64,000 nucleotides of DNA from Octopus sinensis. Lineage: Eukaryota. Both the position numbers and the translations under genes were made by a program. The notes under the pieces were generated by a model. The model did no database searches, was not told where the DNA came from, and saw nothing but the letters and a program-made list of their open reading frames with translations. Below are positions 1 through 12,125 of the stretch, in pieces; position 1 is the stretch's first letter, and each line of letters opens with the position of its first letter. The stretch lies in the NCBI RefSeq assembly GCF_006345805.1, contig NC_042999.1, forward strand, positions 45,322,001 through 45,386,000, given 5' to 3'.

Positions 1-158
1 ATGCCCAACAGATATGATTAGTATGGTGTGTTACACCACCACCAGTGGCCAGGTTGTCACCCATCTGTCTCGCTTTATGACTACAAAGATGACTCTTGAG
101 TCCAGCTTTACTGAGGCAGGGTCTTGCACAGATATTGCATGTCAGCATCAAAGGAAGA

Positions 159-270
159 CATACATACATACATACATACATACAACATACATACATACAT
201 ACATACATACATACATACATACATACATACATACATACATACATACATACATAAATACATACATACATAC
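159..270. repeat. (TACA)n microsatellite
   Basis: Direct tetranucleotide array; explains the YIHT/MYVC ORFs at 14..361 and 108..311. Confidence 0.95.
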
Positions 271-1054
271 AAACAAACAAAAATACCCTGTTGTTGATGT
301 TGAAATTCCAATGAAGGAGCCTTGGATCTCAGTTAGAAACCCATTCCTTCTCTATTGGTAAGAAATCTTGAAATAAACTGAATAATAACATACATGAATA
401 TATAAATATATATCTCAATGAATGAAATTAATACTGACTTCGTCAAGTAGGAAACTAAGATGACAAGACAATACAGAGATAAATCATCAGAAGGCACTCC
501 ATTTGTCAACTTTTAACTAAGAATGATAGAAGTTACTCTTACTTTCTCTGCTGAATTACCATTATGAGAGTCTACCACTAACAAATACAGAAGAAACTAG
601 AAAGAAAATGATTATATAGAAATTGTCAGAAGATTAAGAAATAAGTTTCATTTTCATTAAAATATATCCAGCATGGCCTATTTATTTTCTCATTATTGTC
701 TTTAATTTCTTTTAATTACTTCATACTAAGCTGAGAATTAGTGGAGTCATCTGAGCGTGAGGCAAATGTCTCACACTATTAGTTCTGGCTCACTACACTC
801 AAAGTTCAGATGTCACTGAGATCAACTTCTCTTTCATTCTTTCATAGTCAATGTTATGTGCCAGTCGAGTGTGGTGGAGTGGCAGAAATGTTAGAGTGTT
901 GAACAAGGGATGGCTGTAGGGTTATGAAGCTCACTTTGCAACCATGTGGTTTTGGTCCAGTCCCACAGTGTGGAACTTCAAACAAGTGTCTTTTACTATA
1001 ACTATAGGGTAACTAATGCCACGAGAGACTTTGGTAGACAGAAACTGTGTGAAA

Positions 1055-1473
1055 GGTGGCGAGCTGGCAGAAACGTTAGCACGCAGGGCGAAATGCTTAG
1101 CGGTATTTCATCTACTGCTATGTTCTGAGTTCAAATTCTGCTGGGGTCGACTTTGCCTTTCATCCTTTTGGGGTCGATTAAATAAGTACCAGTTACGCAC
1201 TGGGGTCGATATAATCGACTTAATCCATTTGTCTGTCCTTGTTTGTCCTCTCTGTGTTTAGCCCCTTGTGGGTAGTAAAGAAATAGGTATTTCGTCTGCC
1301 GCTATGTTCTGAGTTCAAATTCTACTGTGGTCGACTTATCCTTTCATCCTTTCGGAGGTCGATTAAATATGTACCAGTTATGCACTGGGGTTGATGTAAT
1401 TGACTTAATCCCTTTGTCTGTCCTTGTTTGTTCCCTCTACGTTTAGCCCCTTGTGGGCAGTAAAGAATTAAGA
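1055..1473 (+). mobile_element. tRNA-derived SINE family A: full copy followed by a headless second copy
   Basis: Head GGCGAGCTGGCAGAA, B-box-like GAGTTCAAATTC, body GTCGACTTTGCCTTTCATCCTTTTGGGGTCGAT (resembles the Nin/Deu SINE domain, from memory). More than 12 further copies in the window. Confidence 0.85.
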
Positions 1474-1780
1474 AACTGTGCGAAAGTCCATTGTCTGTAT
1501 GAATTTATCATCATCATTTATCATCTGTTTGACAGTTTGACAGAAGCTGATCAGCCAGAGAGCTCAACAAATGGAGAACTGCCAAGGCTCCGTTTGTCTG
1601 TTTTGGCATGGTTCTTGACTGGATGCCCTTCCTAATGCCAAACAATTTACAGAGTGTGGTAGGTTCTTTTATGTGGCACCAGCATGAGTGCTTTTGACAT
1701 GGTGCATTACATATTGTCTGCATGCATATATATGTGTGTGTGCGTGTGTATATATATATATATATATATATCACCTGTGC

Positions 1781-2263
1781 ATGCCTTCCTTCTTGTGACA
1801 CTTGTAGGACCTGTTGAGGCAAGTGAAAATCAAATCAAATCAAAATAGATGAACATCAGTGGAATTTGTGTCTTTGTGGTGCCAGTGCCGGTGGCGCACG
1901 GGAAAGCTATCCGAGCGTGGCCGTGGCCAGTGCCGCATCGACTGGCCTCCGTGCTGTGGGCACGTAACAAACACCATCCGATCGTGGACGTTCGCCGGCC
2001 TCGTCTGGCACCTGTGTCGGTGGCACATAAAAACACCATCCGAGCATGGCCGTTCGCCAGCCTCGTCTGGCACCTGTGTCGGTGGCACATAAAATCACCC
2101 ACTACACTCTCGGAGTGGTTGGCGTTAGGAAGGGCATCCAGCTGTAGAAACACTGCCAGATCTGACTGGCCTGGTGCAGCCTTCGGGCTCCCCAGACCCC
2201 AGTTGAACCGTCCAACCCATGCTAGCATGGAAAGCGGACGTTAAATGATGATGATGATGATGA
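1781..2263 (+). mobile_element. SINE/short retroposon family C with (ATG)n tail
   Basis: GGTTGGCGTTAGGAAGGGCATCCAGCTGTAGAAAC body and 3' GGACGTTAAA(TGA)n tail. Reverse copies at ~8521-8725, 12610-12960 and 59470-59650. Confidence 0.8.
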
Positions 2264-2282
2264 TATATATATATATATATAT

Positions 2283-2490
2283 ATACATATATATTACTCT
2301 TTTACTCTTTTCTTGTTTCAATCATTTGACTGTGGCCATACTGGAGCTCCACCTTTAGTCAAGCAAATTGACCTCAGGACTTATTCTTTGTAAGCCTAGT
2401 ACTTATTCTATCGGTCTCTTTTTTTTGCTGAACTGCTCAGTTACAGGGACATAAACACACCAGCATTGGTTGTCAAGCGATGTTGGGGAA
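2283..2490 (-). mobile_element. SINE family B, 3' half
   Basis: Reverse match to the family B tail (GGCGGTGCTCCAGCATGGCCGCAGTCAAATGACTGAAACAAG). Confidence 0.75.
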
Positions 2491-2565
2491 TAAGAGAATA
2501 AGAGAATATAATGGTTAATAAAAATACGAAAAGAATTCTTCAACTTCTTGCTTTGTTATATACAT

Positions 2566-2636
<71 letters not shown>

Positions 2637-3080
2637 TACCGTTACATTATTAGTAGGAGCAACATAAAAGTACTCCTTCCAATGAGAGATAAATATAATT
2701 TAATATAGACCGTATCTAAATATGAGCAGCTAATAGCTTCATGCTGTGGGAACAAAATATTTCAGGATATTTATCTATCATGCATGGTGTCTCCAACCAA
2801 TCCTTTAAGCTAAAATGCACATAGCTGGTCTTATTCCCAATAAAACCAGCTATGTTGTGTACTCACTCCTGAAGGTTCACTTTGAGGCACAAGGTATAAC
2901 TTATAGATCAGCTGAATTATTGTGTTTATCTGCATGAAACCATTAGTAGCTCATATTTAAATACTGTCTCTATATGAGTAAATTCATTTGCATAATATCT
3001 ATTTTTTATACTTGCATGTGTTGGACAAATATGATATTTGATAAGATGTTTTATGTGCATGTATGTGTGGTATGTGTGTG

Positions 3081-3132
<52 letters not shown>

Positions 3133-3162
3133 CATACATACATGCATACATACATACATACG

Positions 3163-3227
<65 letters not shown>

Positions 3228-4196
3228 TATATTGATATTATATATATATAGTATCTCTCAGAAGTATGTACACCCCTAAAAAATTCCAGAAAAATTACAA
3301 TTACTCTGATAATATCAAAGGAAATCAAACGAAAATTATACTGAATAAAATATAAATGCAAACATTAAACAAATTTGGAACACAAAGCAATAAATATTTT
3401 CAAAGATATGAACAAAACATTAATTTTCAAATGATACAAAAATATGTACACCCTAAAGGATTATTTACTATATTCAATATTTGGTGTGACCACCCTTGCT
3501 TTCAATAACTGCATTAAGTCTTTTGGGCATAAAGTCGATGAAATTTCCAAATATAACTGATGAAACTAACCTCGATTGACCCTGAATTATTTCTTTCAAC
3601 TGTGTTACATTGCAGGGCTTTTCTCTTCAACCTTCCTTTTCAAAACACGCCACAGATGTTCTATTGGGTTTAAATTGAGTGGCATGGTAGGCTAAGGCAG
3701 TATCTTTAACTTTTTATCTGATAAGAACTTAGTCATCATCTTTGAAGTGTGTTTGGGGTCATTATCATGTTGGAACATGGAATGTCTTCCTAGTTCCTGG
3801 ATGGTTTTCAACATTGTTTTCTGCAATATGTTGCAATAAATCCTTGAATCCATTGTTCTCTTGGTAAATGTGAGTCCTCTCTCACAATCTGCACTCATGC
3901 ATCCCCAAAACATAACACTTCCGATGCCGTGTTTCACAGAAGGCACAGTGTATTTGTTGTTATTATCTTCACCTGGTTATCACCTTACTCTGATTTGAGA
4001 ATAATTTGTTTCCATCATTCTTAGAGCCCATAGAAAAACTTCATTCCAAGAAATGCACACACACACACAATATATACATATATATATATATATATATAGT
4101 TAATCCAAACAAGAAAGCACAAAAAAACACAACAACGCGAGGACGTGGAACAAATATAGTATTATTGGACACTCAGGAAAGAAGGAAAGAAGGAGG

Positions 4197-4231
4197 GTTT
4201 AACATTTCGAGTGGAGCTCTTCGTCGGAAAC
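4197..4231 (-). ncRNA. Degenerate minimal hammerhead motif (Penelope-type)
   Basis: Minus strand GTTT-C-CCGACGA-like core-A-GAGC TCC ACTC-GAAA-TG-TT-AAAC. Core and stems carry substitutions. Confidence 0.45.
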
Positions 4232-4392
4232 ATAGGAGAAGGAAAGATCCAGAGAAGGGAAGACAGAGGAAAAAAAATCGCCAATGGTACACACGCGGTC
4301 ACTGTGTATACATATGTGTCTGTAACTACATGTGGATTGTTGGTGCTTTTATTTTCCATCCTCCTTTTCTTTTGGATTGCTCTCTGCCTCCT

Positions 4393-4427
4393 GTTTTTGA
4401 AGAAGAGCTTTGCTTGAAACCTAAAAC
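4393..4427 (+). ncRNA. Degenerate minimal hammerhead motif (Penelope-type)
   Basis: GTTT-TTGAAGA-A-GAGC TTT GCTT-GAAA-CC-TA-AAAC; inverted partner of the 4197-4231 motif. Confidence 0.4.
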
Positions 4428-5331
4428 ACCCTTTTTTTCCTTCCCTGAGCGTTTTATTAATACTTTGCATGTTCCACGTCCATTAGACCCAAACAAGTTG
4501 ATTTTAGTCTTGTCAGGAAAAAGAATTTTATTCTAAAACTCCTTCCTCTTATTTACTTAAGTTTCAGCAAAAAAAAAAAAAAAGATGATTTGATTTATGT
4601 CTGGTAGTGAGGAGAAGATTCCTACAATGAATGCATCCATGAAGACCACACTAGTCTAAACTTCAGGGAACTGTTTGGGTGGATACACTCTTTCCACTAA
4701 CAGAAGACACTTCTTGAGCCAAAGATGAAGTGGTGTGATGCTTGTCATTCATCACACAATGTGGCACAAATATCATGTGCAGTTAAAATAGAAGGACGAC
4801 TAGAATGATGTTTATTGCTTAGCCATCCAGTAACTTTGTACTTCTGAATTACTTTGGCAACTGTGTTTACACCAATATGTATTTGTTTGCCAATTGACTT
4901 GAATCCTAAACCATTCTTGTGCAAATTAAAAATAATTTTCTTCAAACCTTCAGACAATTATTTTCCTTTTGGTGCCATTTTAATTACAATGAAGAAGAAT
5001 TTCACCATGATACACAAAATACAACGGCTGGTACAAAAATGCCAGGAGAAATAATTTATTAGAATTGAAATTATCAGAAATATCTGAATTTAGTAAAATT
5101 AGTGGATAAAATATTGAATATAGCAAATTTCCTTCAGGATGTACATATTTTTGTATCGTTTGAAAGTTAATATTTTGTTCATATCTTTGAAAATATTTAT
5201 TGTTTTGTATTCCAAATTTGTATAATGTTTGCATGTATAATATATTTTATTCAGTATAAATTTCGTTTGATTTCCTTCAATATTATTAGAGAAATGGCAA
5301 TTCTACTGAAATTTTTTAGGAGTGTACACAT

Positions 5332-5380
<49 letters not shown>

Positions 5381-5384
5381 TAGG

Positions 5385-5645
5385 TGGAGGTGTGTGGCCT
5401 AGTAGTTTGGCTGTTGCACTCATGATCACTAGATCATGGGTTTGATTCCCAGACCAGGCAGCACGTTGTATTCTTGAGTAAAAGCAATTCATTTCACATT
5501 GCTCGTCCTTGCTCTCAATCAAGGAGTAGGAGAGTGTTGGCAAGCTTGCCAAACCAGCGGGGTGGCATCCTTTGAAGACTAAAACAAGGCATAGTGCACT
5601 GTGACCAACAATGTGCAACAGCATTTGATAATCTGGTTGGTCACA
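5385..5645 (+). mobile_element. tRNA-derived SINE family D
   Basis: TGGCCTAGTAGTT A-box, GGGTTTGATTCC B-box and CTTGAGTAAAAG...TTTCACATTGCTC body. Related copies at ~8930-9230, 39660-39800(-), 58480-58650(-) and 61760-61980(-). Confidence 0.7.
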
Positions 5646-5819
5646 TGATCATGTGATATAGGTATAGATATAAACATAGATATAGATACACACAACAGTT
5701 TTCTCCCAGTTTCTTTCAACCAAATCTACTTTCAAGGTTTTGCTTCCAGACACAGAATTCAGCAGCTCTACAGGATTGATTGTCTGAGTGTGGAATAACA
5801 CTCTTCTTCACTGTCGTGC

Positions 5820-6264
5820 CTTGACGGTGGGTTTAAACAAGCTCGCTAGATTGTGCTACAGTGTGAGATTCAGACATGAGGCCTTATGACTACCTTTTTT
5901 TCTTAAGACATCAGACTGTAAAGATGTGATCTAGTTGGCTCTCTGATACCACATGTCAGCTAGCAGACAGGTACATGGTATAAAGAATATATATGAACAA
6001 GGCTGTAACTTTAAATGTCTTTAATGCCGGCCACACATATATTTACAAGCTGAATTACAAATGGAAATGATTGATGCGTGGAGGCCATGATCTTCTCCTG
6101 TGCATTGCCTCCTGTGTGTTAGCTGGCGTGTGGTGTCAGAGAGCTGACTAGATTATGTCTTTATGGTCTGACATCTTGGTGAGAAAAAAGGAAGTCGTAA
6201 AGACTCATGTCAGAATCACACACTCTAGTGCCATCTAGCGAGCTTGTTTAAACCTGCTGTCAAG
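5820..6264. mobile_element. Old foldback/MITE-like element
   Basis: Arms 5820-5962 and 6120-6264 are inverted at roughly 80% identity (GTTTAAACAAGCTCGCTAGAT is perfect in both). Confidence 0.7.
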
Positions 6265-6530
6265 GGAAGTAACTGCACCTACAATTTCTTGTACCAGTGA
6301 CATCAAAGTAGTCAACACTTTATGTCTGTAGCCCTACAGAGGTTATTTAAAGAGTACCCTCTCATCTGTATCAGTTCTTATTCAAAATAACTGCCTTCCC
6401 TCTGTAAAATGTTGCTTGTAACCTGGTTTATGGAGGCCACATTGCTTTTATTCTTTACATTTTTGGCATGGTATTTTATGCCGGGATTTCTTCCTCATTT
6501 TATTTCTTTATTGCCTACAGGGGGCTAAAG

Positions 6531-6831
6531 TGGAGGCACATGGCCTAGTGGTTAGAGCAGCGGACTCGTGGTCGAGGGATCGCAGGTTCAAATCTCAGAC
6601 CAGGCGATGTGTGTGTTTGTGAGCAAAACACTTAAGCTCCACGTGGCTCCAGCAGAAGGTAATGGCGAACTTCTGCTGACCCTTTCGCCACAACTTTCTC
6701 TCACGCTTTCCTCCTGCATCTTGCAGCTCACCTGCAATGGATCGGCGTCCCATCCAGGTGGGGAACCTATACGCCAAGGAAACTGGGAAACCGGCCCTTA
6801 TGAGCCAGGCATGGCTTGAGAAGGTACAAAC
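6531..6831 (+). mobile_element. tRNA-derived SINE with V-domain-like segment, nested in a reverse family A SINE (6500-7035)
   Basis: GGAGGCACATGGCCTAGTGGTTAGAGC head, GGTTCAAATC B box and GGATCGGCGTCCCATCCAGG (V-SINE-like). Family A 3' and 5' parts resume on either side. Confidence 0.75.
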
Positions 6832-7560
6832 AGGCGACTAAACATAGAGGGGACAAACAAAAGGTTTATGTTAATTACACCGACCCTAGTGCATAACTAG
6901 TACTTATTTATTTGACCCCGAAAGGATGAAAGGTAAAGTCGACCTTGGTGGAGTCTGATCTCAGAACATAACAGCAGACGAAACACCGCTAAGCATTTCG
7001 CCCAGTTTGCTAACGATTCTGCCAGCTCACCGCCCTATGGATGAGGATTTCTTCCTCATTGTCAACCACATTACTGTGTGAACTGAGCTTAATTTTACCT
7101 TACCACCAGCACAAGAGGATATTCTTTGCAACAGAAGTAAAAGAACCGTGTCTACCTTGGTATGTACACACTTGTCTTCAAACTGCATAGCTACCATAGT
7201 TTTTGCAGGCAGAGATACAGGAGATTGGTAACCATAGATTACTGCTGTGGGTATGTGTATTATTTCATGTGATTAACACAGAATGCTTTCAAAAGAATAA
7301 CACATTCACAGTTATCACAATTCCAGCTCTTCAAATTATCAGTTAGGTCCAGAATGGTGTTTTAACATAAGACACAATACAGCTTGGCTTCTTCAATCTA
7401 CTCTGTCTCAAATATGTATCCTTTCTCAATGGAATGCTTCTGATTATTCTGATTTCTGATTTAATCTATCTCTTTCTTATCAGTCACACTTATTCTATCT
7501 CTATGGATTTTGTGGTGTTTTTAACATTGTATTTTATATATTTCTTATATCTTCTTTTAG

Positions 7561-8900
7561 GCTTATTTTGTGGCCATTTTTCAAATTTTCATGTTGCAGT
7601 AGAAAAGCTATTTTGGGAGTTGGTCATTGTTCATCTATACAACAAGCTCTGAACTGTGCATTTAACTGGCAACGATCTATGATTCAGTGATGAGGCAATC
7701 AGTTCTTTGGACTACATCGATATAACTGGTGTTAATGTCTGCCATTTTATATTATTTTTATTCCTCAAACATTTATGGTGAAATTTCTCCAGCAACTTGA
7801 GGTGTTAACTGTATATTGTTCATGTCCCAGAACAATATTTCTACAGAATGTGTATAAACACATATACAGAAAGTGATACTGGTCATTCTGCACACTCATG
7901 GATTTTGGTGTGGAAGAGAAATTTAAATTTACTCTCAAAATAATAATTCCTTTTTGAGAAAGTAGATCTCAGAGCACATAAAGAATCATATCACAGCCTC
8001 TCTTAAGTTTATAAAACCTTATGACATCAGCAACATACAATACTCACAAATAAGAATGAAGTTTCTAATATGGATGAAGAAATTCAAAGGTCCACTGGTA
8101 GAATACTTATCTTGTTTAGAGGAGATATAGCCTAGAGCAGAGGTGTTGCCAAATTCTAAAGTTAAGGGGAGTGAGTACATAAATATAAAGTCACCATGAC
8201 ACATACCAAACAATTTTTAATTCATTTCTCTTATATTAAATGAAATATTTCATTTGTTATGATATACACAATTGTATTTTACATTCATTAATTTCATAAT
8301 TCATTGACAATGTCATTATGTATGAAACTTACAACTACTGATATAGGTGTGATGTGAAAAAGATGAAACTCCATGGGATTGTCTAGAGCTGAGAGGTTAT
8401 GATGCTAAGGTTTGTTTTACTTCTTCAGATGTCAGCAGCCATCAACACATCATAGAAGATTGAGCATACAGTTCAAAAACATGAGAGGTTAGTCAAATAA
8501 AGTATTGACTCCAAGGCCATCCTCATCATTTAACATCCACTTTCCATGCTAGCATGGGTTGGACGATTTTGACTAAGGGCTGGCGAACCAGATGACTGCA
8601 CCAGGTTCCAATCTGATCTGGAAGAGTTTCTACAGCTGGATGCCCTTCCTAATGCCAAATACTCCAAGAGTGTAGTGGGTGCTAAAACGTGCCATCGGCA
8701 TGAGGGCCAGTCAGGCAGTACTGGTAGTAATTAACAAATAAAAAGAGATTCGACTTTTATTGCACAAAAAAATTGCTGTAAAGGGAACAATTTTGAAAAA
8801 AGATGCTCTTGGGAAGTAGACACTCCCTTTGCTCCTCTATTAGCTATTCCACTAGCTTAGGGTCCAATGGGCAGCCTTCACATTTTTCTATCCAAAGGGT
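7561..8900 (+). pseudogene. LRR-like pseudogene, copy 1
   Basis: Acceptor TTTTAG at 7560 precedes a frame reading NKL*TVHLTGNDL*FSDEAISSLDYIDIT (LxxVxLxxNxL pattern). GTGAGT donor at 8171 and AG at 8345-46. Exon homologous to 24975-25250 and split by a family C SINE. Many stops and frameshifts. Confidence 0.45.
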
Positions 8901-10022
8901 GGTTTTAAACACAATATGTGCAGTGAAGACAAATGGCTTAGTGGTTAGGGCATTCAGTTCTTGATTGTCAGGCCCTGAGTTTGATTCCCTGTGGTGTGTT
9001 GTGTCCTTGAGCAAGACACTTTATTTCACATTGCTCCAGTTCACTCAGCTGACAAATATGAGTTGTATATGTTATTCAAATGGCTAACATTGTCACATTC
9101 TGTGCCATACATAAGTTCCCTGAGAACTTCATTAAGGATACACATGTCTGTGGTGTGTCCTGCCACTTGCATGTTAATTTCACTAGCAGGTTGTTATGCT
9201 GATTGGATCAACTGGAACCAACAAGGTGCCAGTTTTTATATGCCCTTCATTATTTATAGCTTTATGTACTTCAAATCCATTGTTCCATAAAAGAATTAAT
9301 TCATGTTCCCTTGAAAGTTCATAGATTCTTATGATGTCAATAACATACAATTCTTGCTGGCAAGAATAAAGTTTCTAAAATGGATAAAGAAATCTGAAGG
9401 ATTGCTTGTGTCCAATGGTAGGACATCTATCATGTCTACAGGAGATGCAGGTTTAAGTCCCACAGGCAGCCTTTGCCTTTTTCTGTCCAAAAGGGAGCTT
9501 CAGCCCACTATTTACATGCTATTATTTATGGCTTTATCTGCTTCAAGAACCCACTATTCCAAAAAAAGAAAAAACTTAAATAAAGAAAAAAATATCACTG
9601 AATGATCTCTCAATAGTTTATAAATTCATATGATGTCTAAAATACTTCTACATCTGTACCAAAAGAGGTGATATGAGCACTTGCAATGTAAAGATAAATG
9701 CAATACCTAACACTACAACCCCATCAAGTGTAAGAACCCCAGAATCAGTGGGTATGGTATCAATGACATCATAGTGAGAAAGAAAATTTGGTAAGTGTTT
9801 AATCTTTATACATGTTGACATGTTTTAATGAAAAGGTTATGGTACTTAGAGACACTTGTATATAAAACATGAATTGTATTATACTTAAAGCTACAAGAAA
9901 ATAATACACACTCTATAGATACTCATTACATGCATACATACATAGACATATACATATATATTGGCATGGATGCATACTCACATATAATTATTAACATAGA
10001 TATAATACATTTAAATCCTATG

Positions 10023-10103
<81 letters not shown>

Positions 10104-10111
<8 letters not shown>

Positions 10112-10288
10112 GAAAGAAAAAAGATGTTCAGAATGCTGGATGGTTGTAAAAATATATATTTATTTACATATCATATTATTACATATCATTTACATATCAT
10201 TATATATGAAGTAATAATATGATATGTAAATAAATATATATTTTTACAACCATCCAGCATTCTGAACATCTTTTTCTTTCATATATAT
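10104..10288. repeat. Near-perfect palindrome, 79-bp arms, 28-nt spacer
   Basis: 10104-10182 is the reverse complement of 10211-10288 except for a one-base homopolymer difference. Confidence 0.95.
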
Positions 10289-10415
10289 TAAATCTGTACA
10301 TCACTCCCAATACTTCTAACATATATATATATTTTCTCTTTTTCTCTTTATCTTATATTAACTTTTTAACACTTTTTGATAGTTATATTTATAAAAAAAA
10401 ACTTAAAATAATAAT

Positions 10416-10456
<41 letters not shown>

Positions 10457-10632
10457 TATATATATATATGTGTGTATAAATTTATAAGTATAAATTAATA
10501 ATTTAAATTTTGAATTTTATATTTTATATATTTTGTATATTATATTAATTAATTTTATTTCTATGTATTGGTTTATGTTTTTTACTGTTTGATTTCCCTA
10601 ATAGTGGTTTTATCTCTAATTTAATATATATA

Positions 10633-10702
<70 letters not shown>

Positions 10703-11477
10703 GTCTAAAATTTGCTTTAAATCTCTCAGTGAGAGATATACAATAACAGTACAAATAGTAAAGTTTATTTCCCAACAGAATGTGGCAGTCCTGTAAGGAT
10801 GTTGTTATTGTTGTTTATGCCCAAGGAAAACATCTTTTCCAGCTGGTGCGTCTTTCTTTTACTCCCAACTATTTTTCTTTCCTTCTCCCTTCTCCTCACT
10901 CCCTTTATTTCTTTCCCCTCATCGAGAGGAGTCCCCCTTCTTCTCTGCCTGTTGATCACATGTGACTATAGGCCTTTTTTCTCAACTCTTTCTTTTTTGG
11001 ATGTGGTATCCAACTAGTTGGACGTCATTTCTCTCTCCTCTTGCCTCCTGACACTTTTTTCTCTTCTATTTATTGTATATCCTTTCAAAATTTCTCCCAG
11101 GTGTTACCTGTTACAGATCGTTTGGCCTAATGGCCCTTAATGTTTGTCTTTGTTGATTGTTTACTTTGTATTACTCTATTGCTGTTTGTTTAAAGCCCTA
11201 ACTCTCCACAAATTTTATATTCTTAAAATTTCTGGATGCTGCTGTCTTATGAAGTATTCCTATCTTGTCATTAAAAGTACCAAACTGGTAGTAATAAGCA
11301 GTCAACAACTATGAGTGAGTTACCTTCTTTTGGTATTTTGTTCTGTACTTTTCTCTCATGTGTTTACGTACTTTTCACTCATTAGTAATGTCCGTACTTA
11401 ATGTGTATATATATATGTATGTATATATATATATATATATATATAATATAATATATATATATTATATATATATATTA

Positions 11478-11519
<42 letters not shown>

Positions 11520-11571
11520 ATGAAAAAACAAGTCAAAAATAGAAAATGCTAAGATAATTTTATAGTGAATC

Positions 11572-11615
11572 TTTCAGTACCGGTTTCGGTCATTTTGAGA
11601 CCTTTTCAACTGTAA
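11572..11615 (-). ncRNA. Degenerate hammerhead motif
   Basis: Minus strand TTACAG-TTGAAAA-GGTC TCAAAAT GACC-GAAA-CCGG-TA-CTGAAA. Stems intact; core has two substitutions from CTGAAGA. Confidence 0.5.
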
Positions 11616-11944
11616 CGATTAAATAATTAAATTTAGAAAAATTAGAAGAAAAGTTTTTTTAAAAGAATATTTCTGTAGTAGTGTTCAGATATAAGTAGCA
11701 TTCTGCCTTTCTCTGACTCCCTTGTTTGCACTTGTGTGTTCGAGGTCGTTTTGAGTTCTTGGTAGGATAGGTGAAGAATAATGAGGCTGATGTGGAGAGG
11801 GGGTGGGGAAATCTGGGAATGCCTTAATGGTCGTATTTTGAATGGTCAGTGGCTGACAGTAGTCGCAGTTCAATTCAGGAATTGTTTATGGAATTTGCAT
11901 AGGCGTTATACTGAAAGACATTAGTGACAAGGTTAAGGGGTGGA

Positions 11945-12125
11945 AGGTGGAGAAGTAGAAGAAGAAGAAGATGACGATGTTGATGATCATGATGATGAAG
12001 AAGAAGAAGAAGAAGAAGAAGGAGAAGGAGAAGATGGTGGTGATGATGGTGGTGATGATGATGACGACGATGATGATGATAATGATGATGATGAAGAAGA
12101 AGAGAAAGAAGAAGAAGAAAAAAAC
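11945..12125. repeat. Compound (GAA)n/(GAT)n trinucleotide repeat
   Basis: Direct reading; source of the poly-E/D ORF. Confidence 0.9.

Larger units (their letters stand above)
3249..5331 (-). mobile_element. Decayed Tc1-family DNA transposon with long (~230 bp) inverted repeats
   Basis: Transposase fragments: N-terminal HTH region at 4957-4745 (KKIIFNLHKNGLGFKSIGKQ) and catalytic region at 3946-3692 (VKHGIGSVMFWGC, FQHDNDPKHTS). Arms ~3260-3480 and ~5105-5330 each carry two TATGTACACCC-like motifs. Confidence 0.88.

Noticed and set aside
14-361. ORFs rich in [12 protein letters not shown], poly-I, poly-D/E throughout the track
   Set aside because: Translations of (TACA)n, (TA)n, (CA)n, (TAA)n and (GAT)n microsatellites; no coding evidence.
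1830-2244. Several overlapping GC-rich ORFs
   Set aside because: They lie within a family C SINE with tandem repeats and have no protein motifs.
6531-6605. tRNA-like sequences as true tRNA genes (also 21121-21195)
   Set aside because: They lack a complete acceptor stem and continue into SINE bodies; these are SINE heads.
11240-11300. Possible hammerhead remnant CTTATGAAGTA...TACCAAACTGGTA
   Set aside because: Core, GAAA and stems are all mutated; too degenerate to support.
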